A stretch of DNA of 59,537 nucleotides, the filler included, from Sphacelaria rigidula (Eukaryota), in assembly GCA_964200075.2 (NCBI GenBank). It is 8 parts of 8 records of this genome, joined end to end, with 100 filler letters (N's around TTAATTAATTAA, not from the genome) between each part and the next. Parts side by side here need not be neighbours in the genome. Positions count along the whole stretch, not along the records: positions 44,732 to 52,084 come from CAXNAA020015285.1; positions 52,185 to 59,537 come from CAXNAA020015286.1; 6 more parts are not named here. One strand, given 5' to 3'. The translations under genes were made by a program, and so were the position numbers. Every line of letters starts with the position of its first letter. Position 1 is the first letter of the stretch. Below, piece by piece: positions 48,001 through 59,537 of this stretch. The notes beneath the pieces are model-generated. The model worked only from the letters and a program-made list of their open reading frames with translations. It searched no databases and was not told the DNA's origin.

Positions 48001-48738
48001 GGACAAGATATCACCGTGTCTTCCTATGTTCTCTGAAAGTGAGCACAATTCTTTGCTGATCATGAGCAAATCTATCCGCCTTCATTGCTGCACAAGACTA
48101 TGAGCTGGCTACCTGGGTCCAGTCCTCCGCTTCCCTGTTCTCCATTTGTTGCACACTTCTCCAGCTGAACGCTAACGCCTCCTTACTCTGTTTAGTCGCA
48201 CACTTGTGTCCTGTCAGCAAACGCAGGTAATGAGCGGCCACGTCCTCGATCACCATCCTCCACATCTCGTGTAAAGCTCTAGCTCCCTCCTCCGCCACTC
48301 TCGCCTATTCATGGTGTAAGTTCAATGCGATGTAATTTCTCAGTCATACCACTGCTGCATGAAGTGCAGTAATTTCGAGCCAGGTTATGCATATGCTCTG
48401 TGCAGGCTCTGGTATGCCATATGCTATCGTGTAATCTTCGCGTATTTTGAGTCGAAAACCAAGGGAGGTTCTCAGGCAGTGGCATCCCGGTCCTACACTA
48501 TGACCCCCTAGTGTATAGCGTGACGATTACTTTTCCCCATGCTTTGGAACACCCCCCTCTCTTCGACACTATTCCGCAGTTCTAGGGCTCCACCAGTCTC
48601 TACCTATCTGACAGTTCGTTATCAACCATTGGACCAGCACCCCCGCAGCATATCAACTTCTATCGATACTTAATTCTGCTGCACATGTCCTCACGCTTTT
48701 GACGACGGAAAGCAACGTCAATCAACAACACCAGTACC

Positions 48739-49155
48739 TAGAGCTCGGAAATGGTACCACTTATAACTATCCATTATCATTATAGTGATAATAATGGTAA
48801 TGGTTATATGAAACTTTCGGATAATGGTATCAAACCATTATTTACCGTTACTGGCTTTATAAGCCATTACCGGCTACGTATGCTACATACAGCACTTGAA
48901 AATTGCCCCAAATTCAGCGTATTTTCTTAGCCCACGTGAAGCCAAATCGTATAAAAACTTCCCTCCGACACGGCGCCTCCAGCCGGGCCCTCCGGGGGCG
49001 CCTGCGGCGGGGCCCCCTCTGCCAGGGGTGGCTTTTTGGCTCGCGGCTTTGCCGCTCGATGACCAAACCATTATGTACCATTTAACTGGTTGATGAGTGC
49101 GCTACGCGTAACCATTCAACTGGTTAATGGTTAGACAAACCATTCCCGAGCTCTA
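48739..49155. mobile_element. 417-bp hAT-like MITE
   Basis: 17-bp TIRs TAGAGCTCGGAAATGGT / ACCATTCCCGAGCTCTA; 8-bp TSD CCAGTACC/CCAATACC (1 mismatch); subterminal ACCATT/AATGGT repeats. Confidence 0.9.
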
Positions 49156-51099
49156 CCAATACCAGTACTGTGTGTGTGTGTGTGTCACGTCCAAGCGACA
49201 AGACCCGCCCAAAGCGGCCGTTGGTGTACCGGTATGAGCAACTGGACGCAACGGTTTCATGAATTGAACATCGAACCTGGACCTAAACGCTATCGGAGGA
49301 TGCCTGAAGGTGGATACCGAGCTGTTTGTCAGGGAGGCCAACTGTGTGTTGTGAGCCACTCGTCTCGCCATATCGTGATACGGGCACTAGATTGCACAGT
49401 TGGGGAATGGGGTTGCCGCAGCCGCAGATCACGTTTAATCCTCACAGTGAGTTCCTGATTTGTACCACAGGTTTGACGAAGGTACTTACTCTACATCAGG
49501 CAAGATTCCCGTGCTCGCTCCACATACCTTCTCCGTAGCCTCGTAGACCCGCCTTGAGCCCCGAGAGGTATCCTCCCAGGCAATTCGGGCAAGGTCAGCG
49601 GTTTTTTGTATGTTATTCGCCTCAAACCACGGCTCCCAGAGAGTGCGGGTGATCGTCCCAGCCTGCGGCAAACATGAACAGAATATGGGCCGCCGTTGTA
49701 TCGGTGACTGTGAAGTGCCACTCTGAAAGGAAGACGTGCTTTGGAGAGATGCGGATGGATATGTGAATGCGACTTAAATGGCTCCGTGACCATGGCCTGT
49801 ACCAGTGTGCGCGTGTTAAGGCTTCATGTCAGGGGTAGCTTTGCATCTCGCTTTTTGAAGGCCACCTGCGAATCCGACGTTCGTGCGTAATTGGAACACT
49901 TTCACCAGAACTTGCGTATTCCGGCTGTTGCGTCCATCAGCATCACCATCAAAGAGGCGTCGACCAAGCGATGGTTGATAACAAGCGCAGCATTCATAAC
50001 TACCCACACAAAAGGAGCGTATTGCCGCAGCCATTGCTTGATAGCGGGTGACGCTGCGGTCGAGCGTTAGCTGTCCACGGCAATCTTGGCACACGGGTTT
50101 GCTACAGGTACCGAGGGATGATTATTCACTCGAGCCCTCCCTTCAAGATGGTACCCCCTTTCCCTCCTCTCCCGTTGTTCTAGTTTCACTTCTCGCTGTG
50201 GCCGTGGCTTAATTTCCATTTTCGGAGCAGAAACAAGAACGGCAGAAATGCAGCAAAGGCAGCAACTGCTGGGGTAAGTGCTGCAGTATCGCTTCGAACA
50301 CGCAGGATAGCCAAAAGTGACGTTGTATGTCGTAAAACCGGAGTTCTGAAGATGGCTGAAAAGCGCTACTCAAAGAGGGGACAGCATGGTCATACATCGT
50401 CATCAGCACTTGCCTCTCTCCGAGGATTTCCGTACCCTAGGATATGATCCCAAGGCAGGCGCTCCAGTTTGACTGCCGCAGAAACAAGCGTCGTTGAAAG
50501 TGCGCGTGCGCGTCTGTCAGCTGACCTATCTTGTCCGAGAGATTTACGGAGTAGAGCCTCCGAAACAAGCATGAATGCCTAGCGGAAGCGATACGGTGAT
50601 GGGGTGAGTGGAGAGCGATCGATCAAGCGGAATAATGTTTTTTTTTGCGGGGAATGGGGGGTCCGTTGGCGTGGGGAATAATGTGTGTTTGCATAGGGGG
50701 TTCTTCTCCATTTACCGTGTTCGTCATTTTTTCGTCACAAGAAATGTCATAGATGGCACGTTCTTGTAGAAGACGTGACACGCAAAGTCACAGCAAAGCA
50801 CAGAAAGGCACAGAAAGGTAAGAATAAAGATCTCCGGAGAGTTTTGTACAAAAGTCGTAACCGACAACCGCACTGTTGTCGTTTTGTCGCTAGTGCGCGC
50901 CACTCAAGTACGAATAATGGCAAAGGTTCGTTTGAGGGGTACAAGTCATATTGAGGTCACGAGGTAGTAGTCTATGTGCGAGTAGAAGACACCCACGGCA
51001 TCGGTGACCACATTTCCATGGTGTTACTAGAGTTCGGTAGGAAGTAAAGAGGATGGTACAGCAGAAAAAGAAGGAAGCTTGAGAAGATGTAGTGAATAA

Positions 51100-52084
51100 A
51101 ACAAATTAAGATTTCGACGGCGGCGTTAAAAAAATGTGGACAGGGGAAAAAAGGATACCGAGAAACAGGCAGGAAAGACGGACAAGGGGGGTAGCTACAC
51201 TCCGGGTACAGAACGGTAAAATGGTCAGTAGTTCGAAGGGAAAGAGATAAGTGCTAGTCGAGCATTGCCGTAAACTAGGAACACCAAGAACAACTACGGA
51301 GTTTGACATAGAACTCGAAAGGAAATTGACGCGTGGGCAACGGCAAATATAGAGACGTCGAAAAGGGAGGATAGTAGCTCGACAGAATTGCAGAGAGAGT
51401 TTACTCGAGATGAAGTAAAGGAGTGCGTGGCTAAACTCAAAAACAGAAAGGCAGCAGGGGCAGACGGAATAGCTAATGAACTTCTAAAGTTCGGAGGAGA
51501 GGCAATGACTACCGTGATGGTCATGCTGTACAACTGGATCTGGGAAAACGAGTACACACCCAAGAGGTGGAGAGAAGGACTAGTCGTCAATCTTTCCAAA
51601 AAAGGAGACACGGCCGACCCCGGAAACTATAGAGGAACAACGCTACTGAGCACGGTAGGGAAAACGTTCTGTACGATGCGGNNNNNNNNNNTAGAGTAGG
51701 AACGATGCTAGAAAAGGAAGAGAAAACCAGCGAGGCACAAGCAGAATTTAGACCAAACCGTAGTGGCGTAGACCATGTGAACACACTACGTATGAATATT
51801 CAGGGTAAGAAAGACACCGGGCGAACAACATACTGTTTCTTTCTAGACGTGCAAAAGGCTTATGGCAGTATGGAGAAATAGGTTGTGGAAGAAGTTGTGG
51901 GAAACCGGGGTAAGAGGAAAGATGTGGAGAATGGTGAAGAAAATGACAAAACGTGCCAAAAGTGCCATGATGCTAGACGGGGAAATATCGAAATATTTCG
52001 ATATTTTACAAGGAGTTGCACAAGGATGCACGTTATCACTTACTTTATTCAAGGTATTTATCAATGACTTGATAATAGCAATAG
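51100..52084 (+). mobile_element. LINE ORF2 fragment (pre-RT and RT), same family as 15270-17232
   Basis: LKNRKAAGADGIANELLKFGG, KKGDTADPGNYRG, FLDVQKA, QGVAQGCTLS; small internal N gap at 51682-51690; frameshifts. Confidence 0.93.
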
Positions 52085-52184
52085 NNNNNNNNNNNNNNNN
52101 NNNNNNNNNNNNNNNNNNNNNNNNNNNNTTAATTAATTAANNNNNNNNNNNNNNNNNNNNNNNNNNNNNNNNNNNNNNNNNNNN
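52085..52184. other. Artificial contig spacer
   Basis: Same layout. Confidence 0.99.
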
Positions 52185-52194
52185 GGCGCTGGAG

Positions 52195-53709
52195 GTGCCG
52201 TACTACGGCCGAAAGTTTTCGAGCGAGAAATCGACCGAGGTTTTACGGAAATACGAGAAATATGTGCAGGATGTCGATCAGGTGAACGCGCGGTGGACAA
52301 ATCTCTTTGAGTTGGCAGCAGTTTCTGACCTCATGCCGAGACATATTGCGATATGTCTGTGTGACACGTTCTTGAAGCATGATTATGATGTTGGGCACGA
52401 GCAGTTGCTTTTCGCTTTGCGCAAGCATGCATCGTCGAATGGGGTGCATGGCACTGTAAAAGCCGAGAAACATGTGTCTGTCAGAGGAGACAGGCACGAC
52501 ACTGCACCCGCTGAACGTGCAGTAGGTGGTCCGCGTCTGAAACAACGATACAGGGCGGCTGATTGCACTGTGAAAGCCGAGAAACATATGTCTGCCCGAG
52601 GGGACAGGCACGACAGTGCACCCGCCGAACGTGCAGTAGGTGGTCCACGTCTGAAACAACGATACAGGGCAGATGCTTGCATTGTAAAAGCCGAGAAGCA
52701 TGTATATGCCCGAGGGGATAGGCACGATAGTGCACCTGCTGAGCGTGCAGTGGTAGAAACCGCTCGCCCGCGACTGAAGCAACAACGCGGTGCCACTTTG
52801 AGGGGCGCAAAGGTGACGACGCATGTATCTGTCCGAAGAGACGCACTGGGTAGCAAGAACAGTGAGAGTACAGTAGTCGGTGTTGAATTAGCAGCTACTG
52901 GCAGTACTGTTGGAAGAGGCGAACAAGTCGCACAGCCATCGCTAGTCCGAGGGGACAGGCACGAGAGCGCTACAGGCGTTGCCGCTATTGCCGTAAAGGA
53001 GCAAGCTGGACAGGAGGCGGCGGCTGTAGCGAGTGTGGGTGATACTGCTGCTGCTGCTGGCGATGTTGAGAGAGCGAGACCTACATGGGCCAATGAGAAA
53101 GTACTGGTGGGCGGAGGTCCCAGTTGCTTGTTGCCGCCGGACCAGCGCATAGCTGGAGATACTCCTTGCATGCTCGAAGCTGCAGGGGGGTGTTATTTAC
53201 GTATTGCGAACGAGCAGGGTGAGCAAGGAGCTTGCCGTGCTCGTGGTGAATCCATCTGCGCAAGTGACATGGCGGGAGATCGTTCCGATGATTCGCAGGG
53301 GTGTTTGCTTGAAGGACAGGTGGATGCCGTGTTGGCGGAATTGCCGCCGGAGCAGCGCGTAGCTGTGGACACGCCTTGCATGAACGAAACAACAGGGGCG
53401 TGTGACCCGCGCGAAGCGGGTACGCAGAGCGAGCTTCAAGCTCGTGATGCTGTTAGCGATCACAATTCGAACGGCGACGATGAGCGTCGCGTGATGTTGG
53501 GGTGGTCGCGTGCACTGCTGTTTACATGGACAACTTTCGCGTATTCGGCGGCGATGGCGGAGGTGTCTCCACTGTTGCGCCGCGGGGTGTTTGAGGAGGA
53601 TAGTGTGCCATCAGGAGGTGTTACTATTCGGGACTGTGTAGCTGTTCCCGTTTCGCCTCTCGTTTCCTCTGTAAAACTGACTGAAGCACAGGTGTTCAGT
53701 ACTGGCTAA
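52195..53709 (+). CDS. 504-aa ORF, probably LTR-retrotransposon Gag-like N-terminus followed by internal peptide repeats (5'-partial)
   Basis: Longest ORF in window; helical N-terminus (LRKYEKYVQDVDQVN..EQLLFALRKHA) then three 38-aa repeats and two LPP(D/E)QR(I/V)AxDTPCM repeats; lies upstream of a candidate PPT and LTR. Confidence 0.45.
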   Translation: MPYYGRKFSSEKSTEVLRKYEKYVQDVDQVNARWTNLFELAAVSDLMPRHIAICLCDTFLKHDYDVGHEQLLFALRKHASSNGVHGTVKAEKHVSVRGDRHDTAPAERAVGGPRLKQRYRAADCTVKAEKHMSARGDRHDSAPAERAVGGPRLKQRYRADACIVKAEKHVYARGDRHDSAPAERAVVETARPRLKQQRGATLRGAKVTTHVSVRRDALGSKNSESTVVGVELAATGSTVGRGEQVAQPSLVRGDRHESATGVAAIAVKEQAGQEAAAVASVGDTAAAAGDVERARPTWANEKVLVGGGPSCLLPPDQRIAGDTPCMLEAAGGCYLRIANEQGEQGACRARGESICASDMAGDRSDDSQGCLLEGQVDAVLAELPPEQRVAVDTPCMNETTGACDPREAGTQSELQARDAVSDHNSNGDDERRVMLGWSRALLFTWTTFAYSAAMAEVSPLLRRGVFEEDSVPSGGVTIRDCVAVPVSPLVSSVKLTEAQVFSTG

Positions 53710-55627
53710 GTATCTGTGGAGGCAGATGGCTTGTCGCATTGGTTCGGCGGTATGAATATACCGTTTAGTGGTGAGCTGAGCGGCTCCACGAGGGTGCGAG
53801 CTGTAGCTGGACTCATGGCGCGAGGAGCGAGAGTTCGAGTGGAAACGTTGCTCTACGCTGTGCACGGGGTTGTGGTTCGAGTGCTGCTGTTTCTCAGGAG
53901 CGGGCTGGAGGACTACAAAGAAGGCATTGCTTGACGTGTTTGCGGTGTTGGTGAGCGCCGAGTTGGGTGCTGATGTTGAGGAGCAAGTGCTGAGGTCATT
54001 GAGTGCTTGTTGAGAATGAGGAAACACATTATGACTGCTAGTCGCAAATCGTTTTGAAAATGATTGCAGCTTGTTATTGTGTGGTTTGTGGTCATGTTTG
54101 CGCATGCAACATGGTTGTTGAGCGAGTATGATCGTATCGCGTGTGCAGGGTGATATGCTGGCGTACACGTGGATATTTGGCATGTGTGTGTTGTGCTGAT
54201 CTGGTTGGCACGAACGATGCATGGTGTTTGCTGCGAGGAAGATCGCATTGCATGTGCTGGGTGAAATGCTAGCATGCATGTGTGGAATTTTCCCTACAGT
54301 CTGTTAGTGCGCATGGTAACTGGCGAAGAGCCAGGATGAGGCAGTTTTCAATATACTGATGTATGCCAAATGAAGTGAAGCTCGTATAATCTTGTTCGCG
54401 TAGGAACACAGTCGAATCATATTTGTGCGGTTTGTACGTACTGACTGCAGGATATATGGATTGCTGCTGTTAGCGTGAAAATGTGCAAAACACGACGAAA
54501 CGCGTAGGCTCGTACTTACTGTAGGAGACGGTGACACCTGCTGTTAGCGTGAAAATGAGCTGAAAGGTACGAAATGCCTACGCTTGTCGTATGTGAGCAG
54601 GTATGACGCGAGTACTTCCGGTGGTTGAAGAAAGACATTATGCGCGCATGCATCAATGATCTTTGACCGTGGCACGTTTTTGTATGGATTGTCACGTGTT
54701 TGAACGAGCACGTAGTTGGTTTTTTGTTCATGTCAGAAGGAGCATGTGGATGATGCGTCCATTTGTTCGAAGAACTGGTGCAGGTGGACTGCAAGAGTGT
54801 CGAGGAGTTTATTATTTCTACATTTTGGCTGATGCACGAATGGGATATGACGGTCCAAGATCCGGACGAGATATATATATATATCGGGGATTTGCTCGAA
54901 AACAGGAGTTGGAAGACGAGATCACGAGAGGTGATCAATGATGGCGGAGGCCGAGGTCCGTTCGCCGTCGTTGGATTAGTATGCATGACTTGAATAGTGG
55001 TTTGAGCCATGGCTTTCCTTTGATTGTCTTAATGAACTGATGGCAAGTTGAAGCATTGAAGACTTGGCGGCGGGGAGGCATGCGCTGCATTTGTTTTTTA
55101 CGGTGTTGCAGAAGTAAGAGGTCAGGTACGTTTTAGACGAGTTGAGTGCTTACTTCCTTCTAGCGTGAGGATGATTTATCATTTGGCTGTTGCACTCCGT
55201 TGCGCAGATGTTGAACGTACAAAGAGTGCATTTTGTACGTTAGAAGTACCTTGTCTCGGATGAGAGGGTCGATGAGTCGCGAATGCTCTGGAATTCGACG
55301 TTCGCCGACAACTCCGGTTTCGTGCCGTTGAAGAGTTGAAAGACTTGTTGTGGGCGAAGATTTGAGAATTTGGCGCTAGCTATCGCTTTGTAACTCGAAG
55401 CGGTGCAAGTAGCGTGATTACATGTTCATGATGGACGACATTTTATTTAGATCTCTTGCGAGTTGTTCGGAAGTGGGGCAAGCTTGTATGAAGCTGTTAT
55501 TGAAAGCAGCGGAAGAGATTGCTATTCTTTGCGAAAAACGACGGTACTATCAGGCACCAACGATGTCTGAATTTGTCAAGCTCTGATGATGTAACTACTT
55601 GTTGGTGGTAGAGAGCTTTGGGGGTGC

Positions 55628-56348
55628 TGTAGACTCTAGCCATCATTGTTACCTAAGGTTGGGGACATTGTATGGGTGGAGTTGCGGGTCTGAATGTCGG
55701 ACTCTGTGATGGGTGACCTCCATGAAGAATAGGCTTGGTTTTACTTCTCTGGTGGAGAGAGACTATGGTCCTGTTCTCCTGTACTATGCTACGGGTTAAT
55801 ACATGAATAACTAAAGCTGCTGCAATCCATGTGCCCGTGATGGGAGGAGTCCACATGGCGATCTGATCTTGAGTGACAGAAGTCTGTAGGCGCTTCCGAC
55901 GGGTTTTGCTTCCGGCGTATTTTGCGACGATAATCTCCGAGTTTAGGTCATTCACCAACGCCAACTTCGCGATGATGACACAACGCGCATGTACCGATAC
56001 CACAATCCACATCATCATCGACTCCGTGTTATGGTGTTGTGAAGCATGCACCCTGTGTGCACGCTGGTCAAGACTGACAATCCTGGCAGGGTCAACCCTC
56101 TCAGGTTAGGGTTATGATTGTGCCCAAAATAGTTCACACCACAATAGCTTCACGCAGTAAGCTATACCCACTTGATACAAAAGACTCTCGTTCACTCGTA
56201 TTCGTTATCGCTCCGTTCGATGCTCTCTCACGTTGCTCGCCAGCTATAGCTAGCTATGCCTAGCAGTTGGCTCCACGTTTGCAAGTCGGTCAGAGGGGTT
56301 CGCGAGCGACTGGGAAAACCCCGTCTATTCCCGTTTATCAATCTCACA
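55628..56348 (+). mobile_element. Putative 3' LTR preceded by a purine-rich tract
   Basis: AGAGAGCTTTGGGGGTGC|TGTAG.. and candidate end ..TCTCACA; decayed chromodomain-like remnant upstream at ~55315-55480; no second LTR in window. Confidence 0.35.
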
Positions 56349-57165
56349 TCCGACTTAGTCAAGCTTGATCAGACCCGCAACTATAAAATCCCAGATTTGA
56401 TCATAAACGCCTCCTAGCTTCGTGACACTAGCCCATCCAGACAAACCTCTATTACATTTGCGATGAGAAATCTCGAAAACGAAAATCGAGGTTTTTCTCC
56501 ACGTCAAGTCATGAGCGACAAGGAAGGCGAGCTCCATGCTATCAAAGCACTCGGCTGTAGTGGCTGAAAAGAAGGTACACCCCAGAATAGGAGGGCAACA
56601 TCCACTCCGTTGCCGGATCCTCCCACACCTCAAACAAGGTAAGCGAAATCTGCTACCGAAAAGCGCAAGTGCGCTTGAAAACACAGGACCACACAATGCT
56701 GCTGCGGACTAGCGAACTAAACAGACGAACGCAAAAATGCTTCGACGTGCTAGCCAAAATAAAGAGGCAAAAGGGAAAATACACCAGGGGCACTACGTCT
56801 ACGTGGGTGGTACCAAAGTCGACCGCCGAAAGATCAATCACATGCGGGGAGCGCATGGTGGCTGAGGAAAGCAAAGGAATCGGCAACTCAAAGACTACAA
56901 GTGGTCTAGTGCCCGTCGTACAAGTCAAGAGCGAGAATACGAAAAGCTTCAGTAGCCGACGATGAAGGTGTTCCGAGCAAGTTCCATTCGTGGTCCGTGG
57001 TTGTGCGCCGAAGGAGCTCCGGTTGTAGGCTGTTGAAGAAATCGGTGGGTAGCACTGGTGTGTCCTGAATGATGGGAACAGGAGGAAATATCTAAACGAC
57101 AGGAGAAGGAAATCAAAGAGAAAGGGAAAATATCGTGGATTGAAAAGCAGGAGGTCTGTGCAAGC

Positions 57166-59470
57166 TTAAAGCGATGCGTTAACATAATGTGTACGATCGA
57201 TATTAAGTTGGATTCCGCGGCGGATGCCTTTGGACTTGAGTCGCTGAAGACACCAAGACCCTCGTGGTGCGGATGGACTGGTGGTATAGAGCTCTGGACG
57301 GAGCTTGAGCTGCACGGGTCCGGGGTCATCGATGAAGCGCACGATGTATGTGTCAGGCGCAGTGAGGTCTGTGAGGTGGGTCTGGCCCAACCACCAGAGG
57401 TTGTTACTATCTTTGTACCAGAGGTAGGCGCCTTTGGGGAGGATTTCCTGTTTCGCGCGGATCTTTTTTCTTTCCAATGCTTGGTGACTACCATTTCATA
57501 GCCATCGGCGACAAAGCACAAACCTTTGTCACGGTAAAGTTCGCGTGCTGCTGCGCCGCAGCGCATGTTGCGATATTTCTTGTTAGCAAGATGTTGCTGC
57601 TGAGGTTGTGTCAGTACAGGAGAATAGCTCGGCGGTGCAGCTGAAGGTCGGATTTGCGGTCCCAGGACGCTCCCCGAAGGCCTTGCCAGTGCCTTTTGTA
57701 TATGACAGCAATCTTACCGCCTCGACCGCGGGTGATCTGGTGGCCAGACATGTGGGACACGGCGAGACGAAGGGGTTGTTCCGTCACATCGTCGGTAGTA
57801 ACGTGATAAGGTGGTGACTTGGTCGAATAGCTGTTAAGTGCGTATTGCGTAAGACCGGCAGGCAGATATTTGGGCATGTCTCTAGTGTCATGCGGATTGA
57901 TGCAAGGTTTACAACGGTGCACAGAGACGCGAGATTTGGCGTCATGTTCCTGAAGATCGCGAGGGAGATCGAGGTAAAGCAGTTTGTCACCAACAGGCTT
58001 CCCATCAGGTGACGATGGCGAGGGCCCTACGGTCAGAACCTTGGATGGTCTTGTCTAGTTAAGGGTTACCTTAGTCTTCAAGACTGTCTCATTGGCGGCT
58101 CTGTCAGCGCCTTGGCGGATGGTGGACAAGCTGTTGTAAACCCAGACCCAATCGCCAACCTTCCAAGTAGGGCGCTTGTGCATCAGATTGTAGAGAGCAT
58201 TATTAGATCGTTCAAGGCGCGAAGCATTGATAGCGTGTTGTTCAAGCACAAGAGCGAAAGCTTTACGCTGGCGTGCACGTGCCAGGTCATGGTGGGATAT
58301 CTGATCCTGATCCAAGCCTAGGTGGCTATCGAAGGTGTGTCTCTCAACCATGGTGATGGGCAGACGGGGGTAGCGGCCGAGATGTAAATCGTTTGAAGAG
58401 AGACCGGTAGCAGCATTGACCGAGTTGTTTTAGGACAGCATGACATGGGTGAGATGGAGATCCCAATCGTTTTGACGATCGTTGATTACCATAGACAGCA
58501 TCTGGGCCATGGTTTGGTTAACTCTTTCAGTTCCACCGTTACCATTAGGGTGGTAAGTGCTCGTGGCTATCTCACGAATGCCCAGGAGCGTATAGAGTTC
58601 ATCCGAGAGATCGGAGCAGAGTTGTTGACCACTGTCGGAGAGAAGCCGTTTCGGGCAACCATAGTGCTTGATATAGTCGTAAACTAAGATGGTAGCGGTG
58701 CCTCCCGCTGTGAAGTCTCCAGCAGTGACTGCGTACATGGACGCATGACGGCTGAAACGATCGGTAAAGAGCAAGATGTAGATGTTGCCACGATCAGTGG
58801 GCGGTAACGGACCGAAATAGTCGAAATACACGAAGTGACCAGGAGCGTTGGGAAGTGCCATCGAAATGACTGGCCAACGTATTGCCTGCCGTGAGATGTT
58901 GCGAGCTCGACACTTGAAGCATCGCCGAATCCAGAAGCGGGTGGACACTTCCATACCGATCCACCAGTAGAAACGTTCGAGTAACGCTAATGTGCGCGTG
59001 ACACCAAGGTGGCAAGACAGGTCAGTGTGGCAGCCTTTCATCACCCACGGTCGCATCAAAAATGGGACATATATCCGAGTGGGTTCATCGTCGAGTAGGC
59101 CTACATGACGTCCAGCAGGCGCGGGTGAATTTACACCCCGCTGGGGCGTGGGGCGGCGGGCAAGCAGTTCCATTCCGTCATCAGTTGTGAAGATGGTACC
59201 TTTACGTGCGAGTTCGTACACCTCAGCGGCGTTTGGTGGGGGCAGTGTACCAACCGGGGCCAGAACATTGGCCGGGATAGGGGCAGGGCAGCAAGCACGG
59301 AGGTACCACATGGTTGCGCGGCATAATGGTTCTGCTTGTTGTTCACGAGCCCAATCACGATGGGAGTTGCTGGCGAGAAGTTCGCGCCGTTGGCCTGCCG
59401 CCGGAGAGCCGACCAGAGATGGTGGCTCAGGAAGCGGTGGAACAGGCGACGGGGGGAGGTGCCCACGTTG
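57166..59470 (-). mobile_element. Decayed Ty3/Gypsy pol: integrase (H2C2 zinc finger, rve core) with C-terminal GP(Y/F)-like and chromodomain-like regions
   Basis: GCH..CHLGVTRTL..ERFYWW..CFKC; DYFGPLP, FTDRFSR, LLSDSG, YHPNGNGGTERVN; KVGDWVWV; HQITRGRGGKIAVIYKRHWQG; several stops and frameshifts. Confidence 0.93.
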
Positions 59471-59474
59471 ATGT

Positions 59475-59537
59475 GAGTGATGCTACGGTAGGGGTACAGA
59501 AATAATTTCTGAGGTTAGAATTGTTAGGAGCCCCTTA
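59475..59537. mobile_element. Sola2-like MITE, copy 3 (left end), inserted in Gypsy pol
   Basis: GAGTGATGCTACGGTAGGGGT..GAATTGTTAGGAGCCC matches the left ends at 32432 and 33963. Confidence 0.88.

Noticed and set aside
50340..50370. Hammerhead ribozyme core (CTGAAGA..GAAA)
   Set aside because: No convincing stems I-III by eye; other CTGANGA sites checked also failed
52243..53171. Long minus-strand ORFs
   Set aside because: Shadow frames of the repeat-containing plus-strand ORF

Overview
This is eukaryotic, repeat-rich DNA and is not one contiguous locus. It is eight unrelated contigs of 7356, 7356, 7356, 7355, 7354, 7354, 7353 and 7353 bp, sorted by size and joined by artificial 100-bp spacers (N44-TTAATTAATTAA-N44), so adjacency across spacers has no biological meaning. 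The repeat families and a spliced Tic20 gene suggest a brown alga (Phaeophyceae); this is an inference from recalled sequence families, not a database result. The only convincing host gene is a 5'-partial Tic20-family plastid import gene (two exons, 1554-bp intron). The rest is mostly transposon debris: two LINE families (one apparently ending in a C-rich tail), two converging Ty3/Gypsy remnants, a tRNA-derived SINE, two short retroposon ends sharing a 3' motif, several MITEs (Sola2-like with a 4-bp TSD, hAT/P-like with 8-bp TSDs, piggyBac-like), a cluster of nested foldback palindromes, and satellites of 42/84, about 186 and 96 bp. Two heavily decayed transposase-like regions are called at low confidence. 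I found no CRISPR array, operon or well-supported novel enzymatic system. The best leads are the indel-free 42-bp array with an open 14-aa repeat frame, the shared retroposon 3' motif, the C-tailed LINE, the Sola2-like MITE and the nested foldback element.
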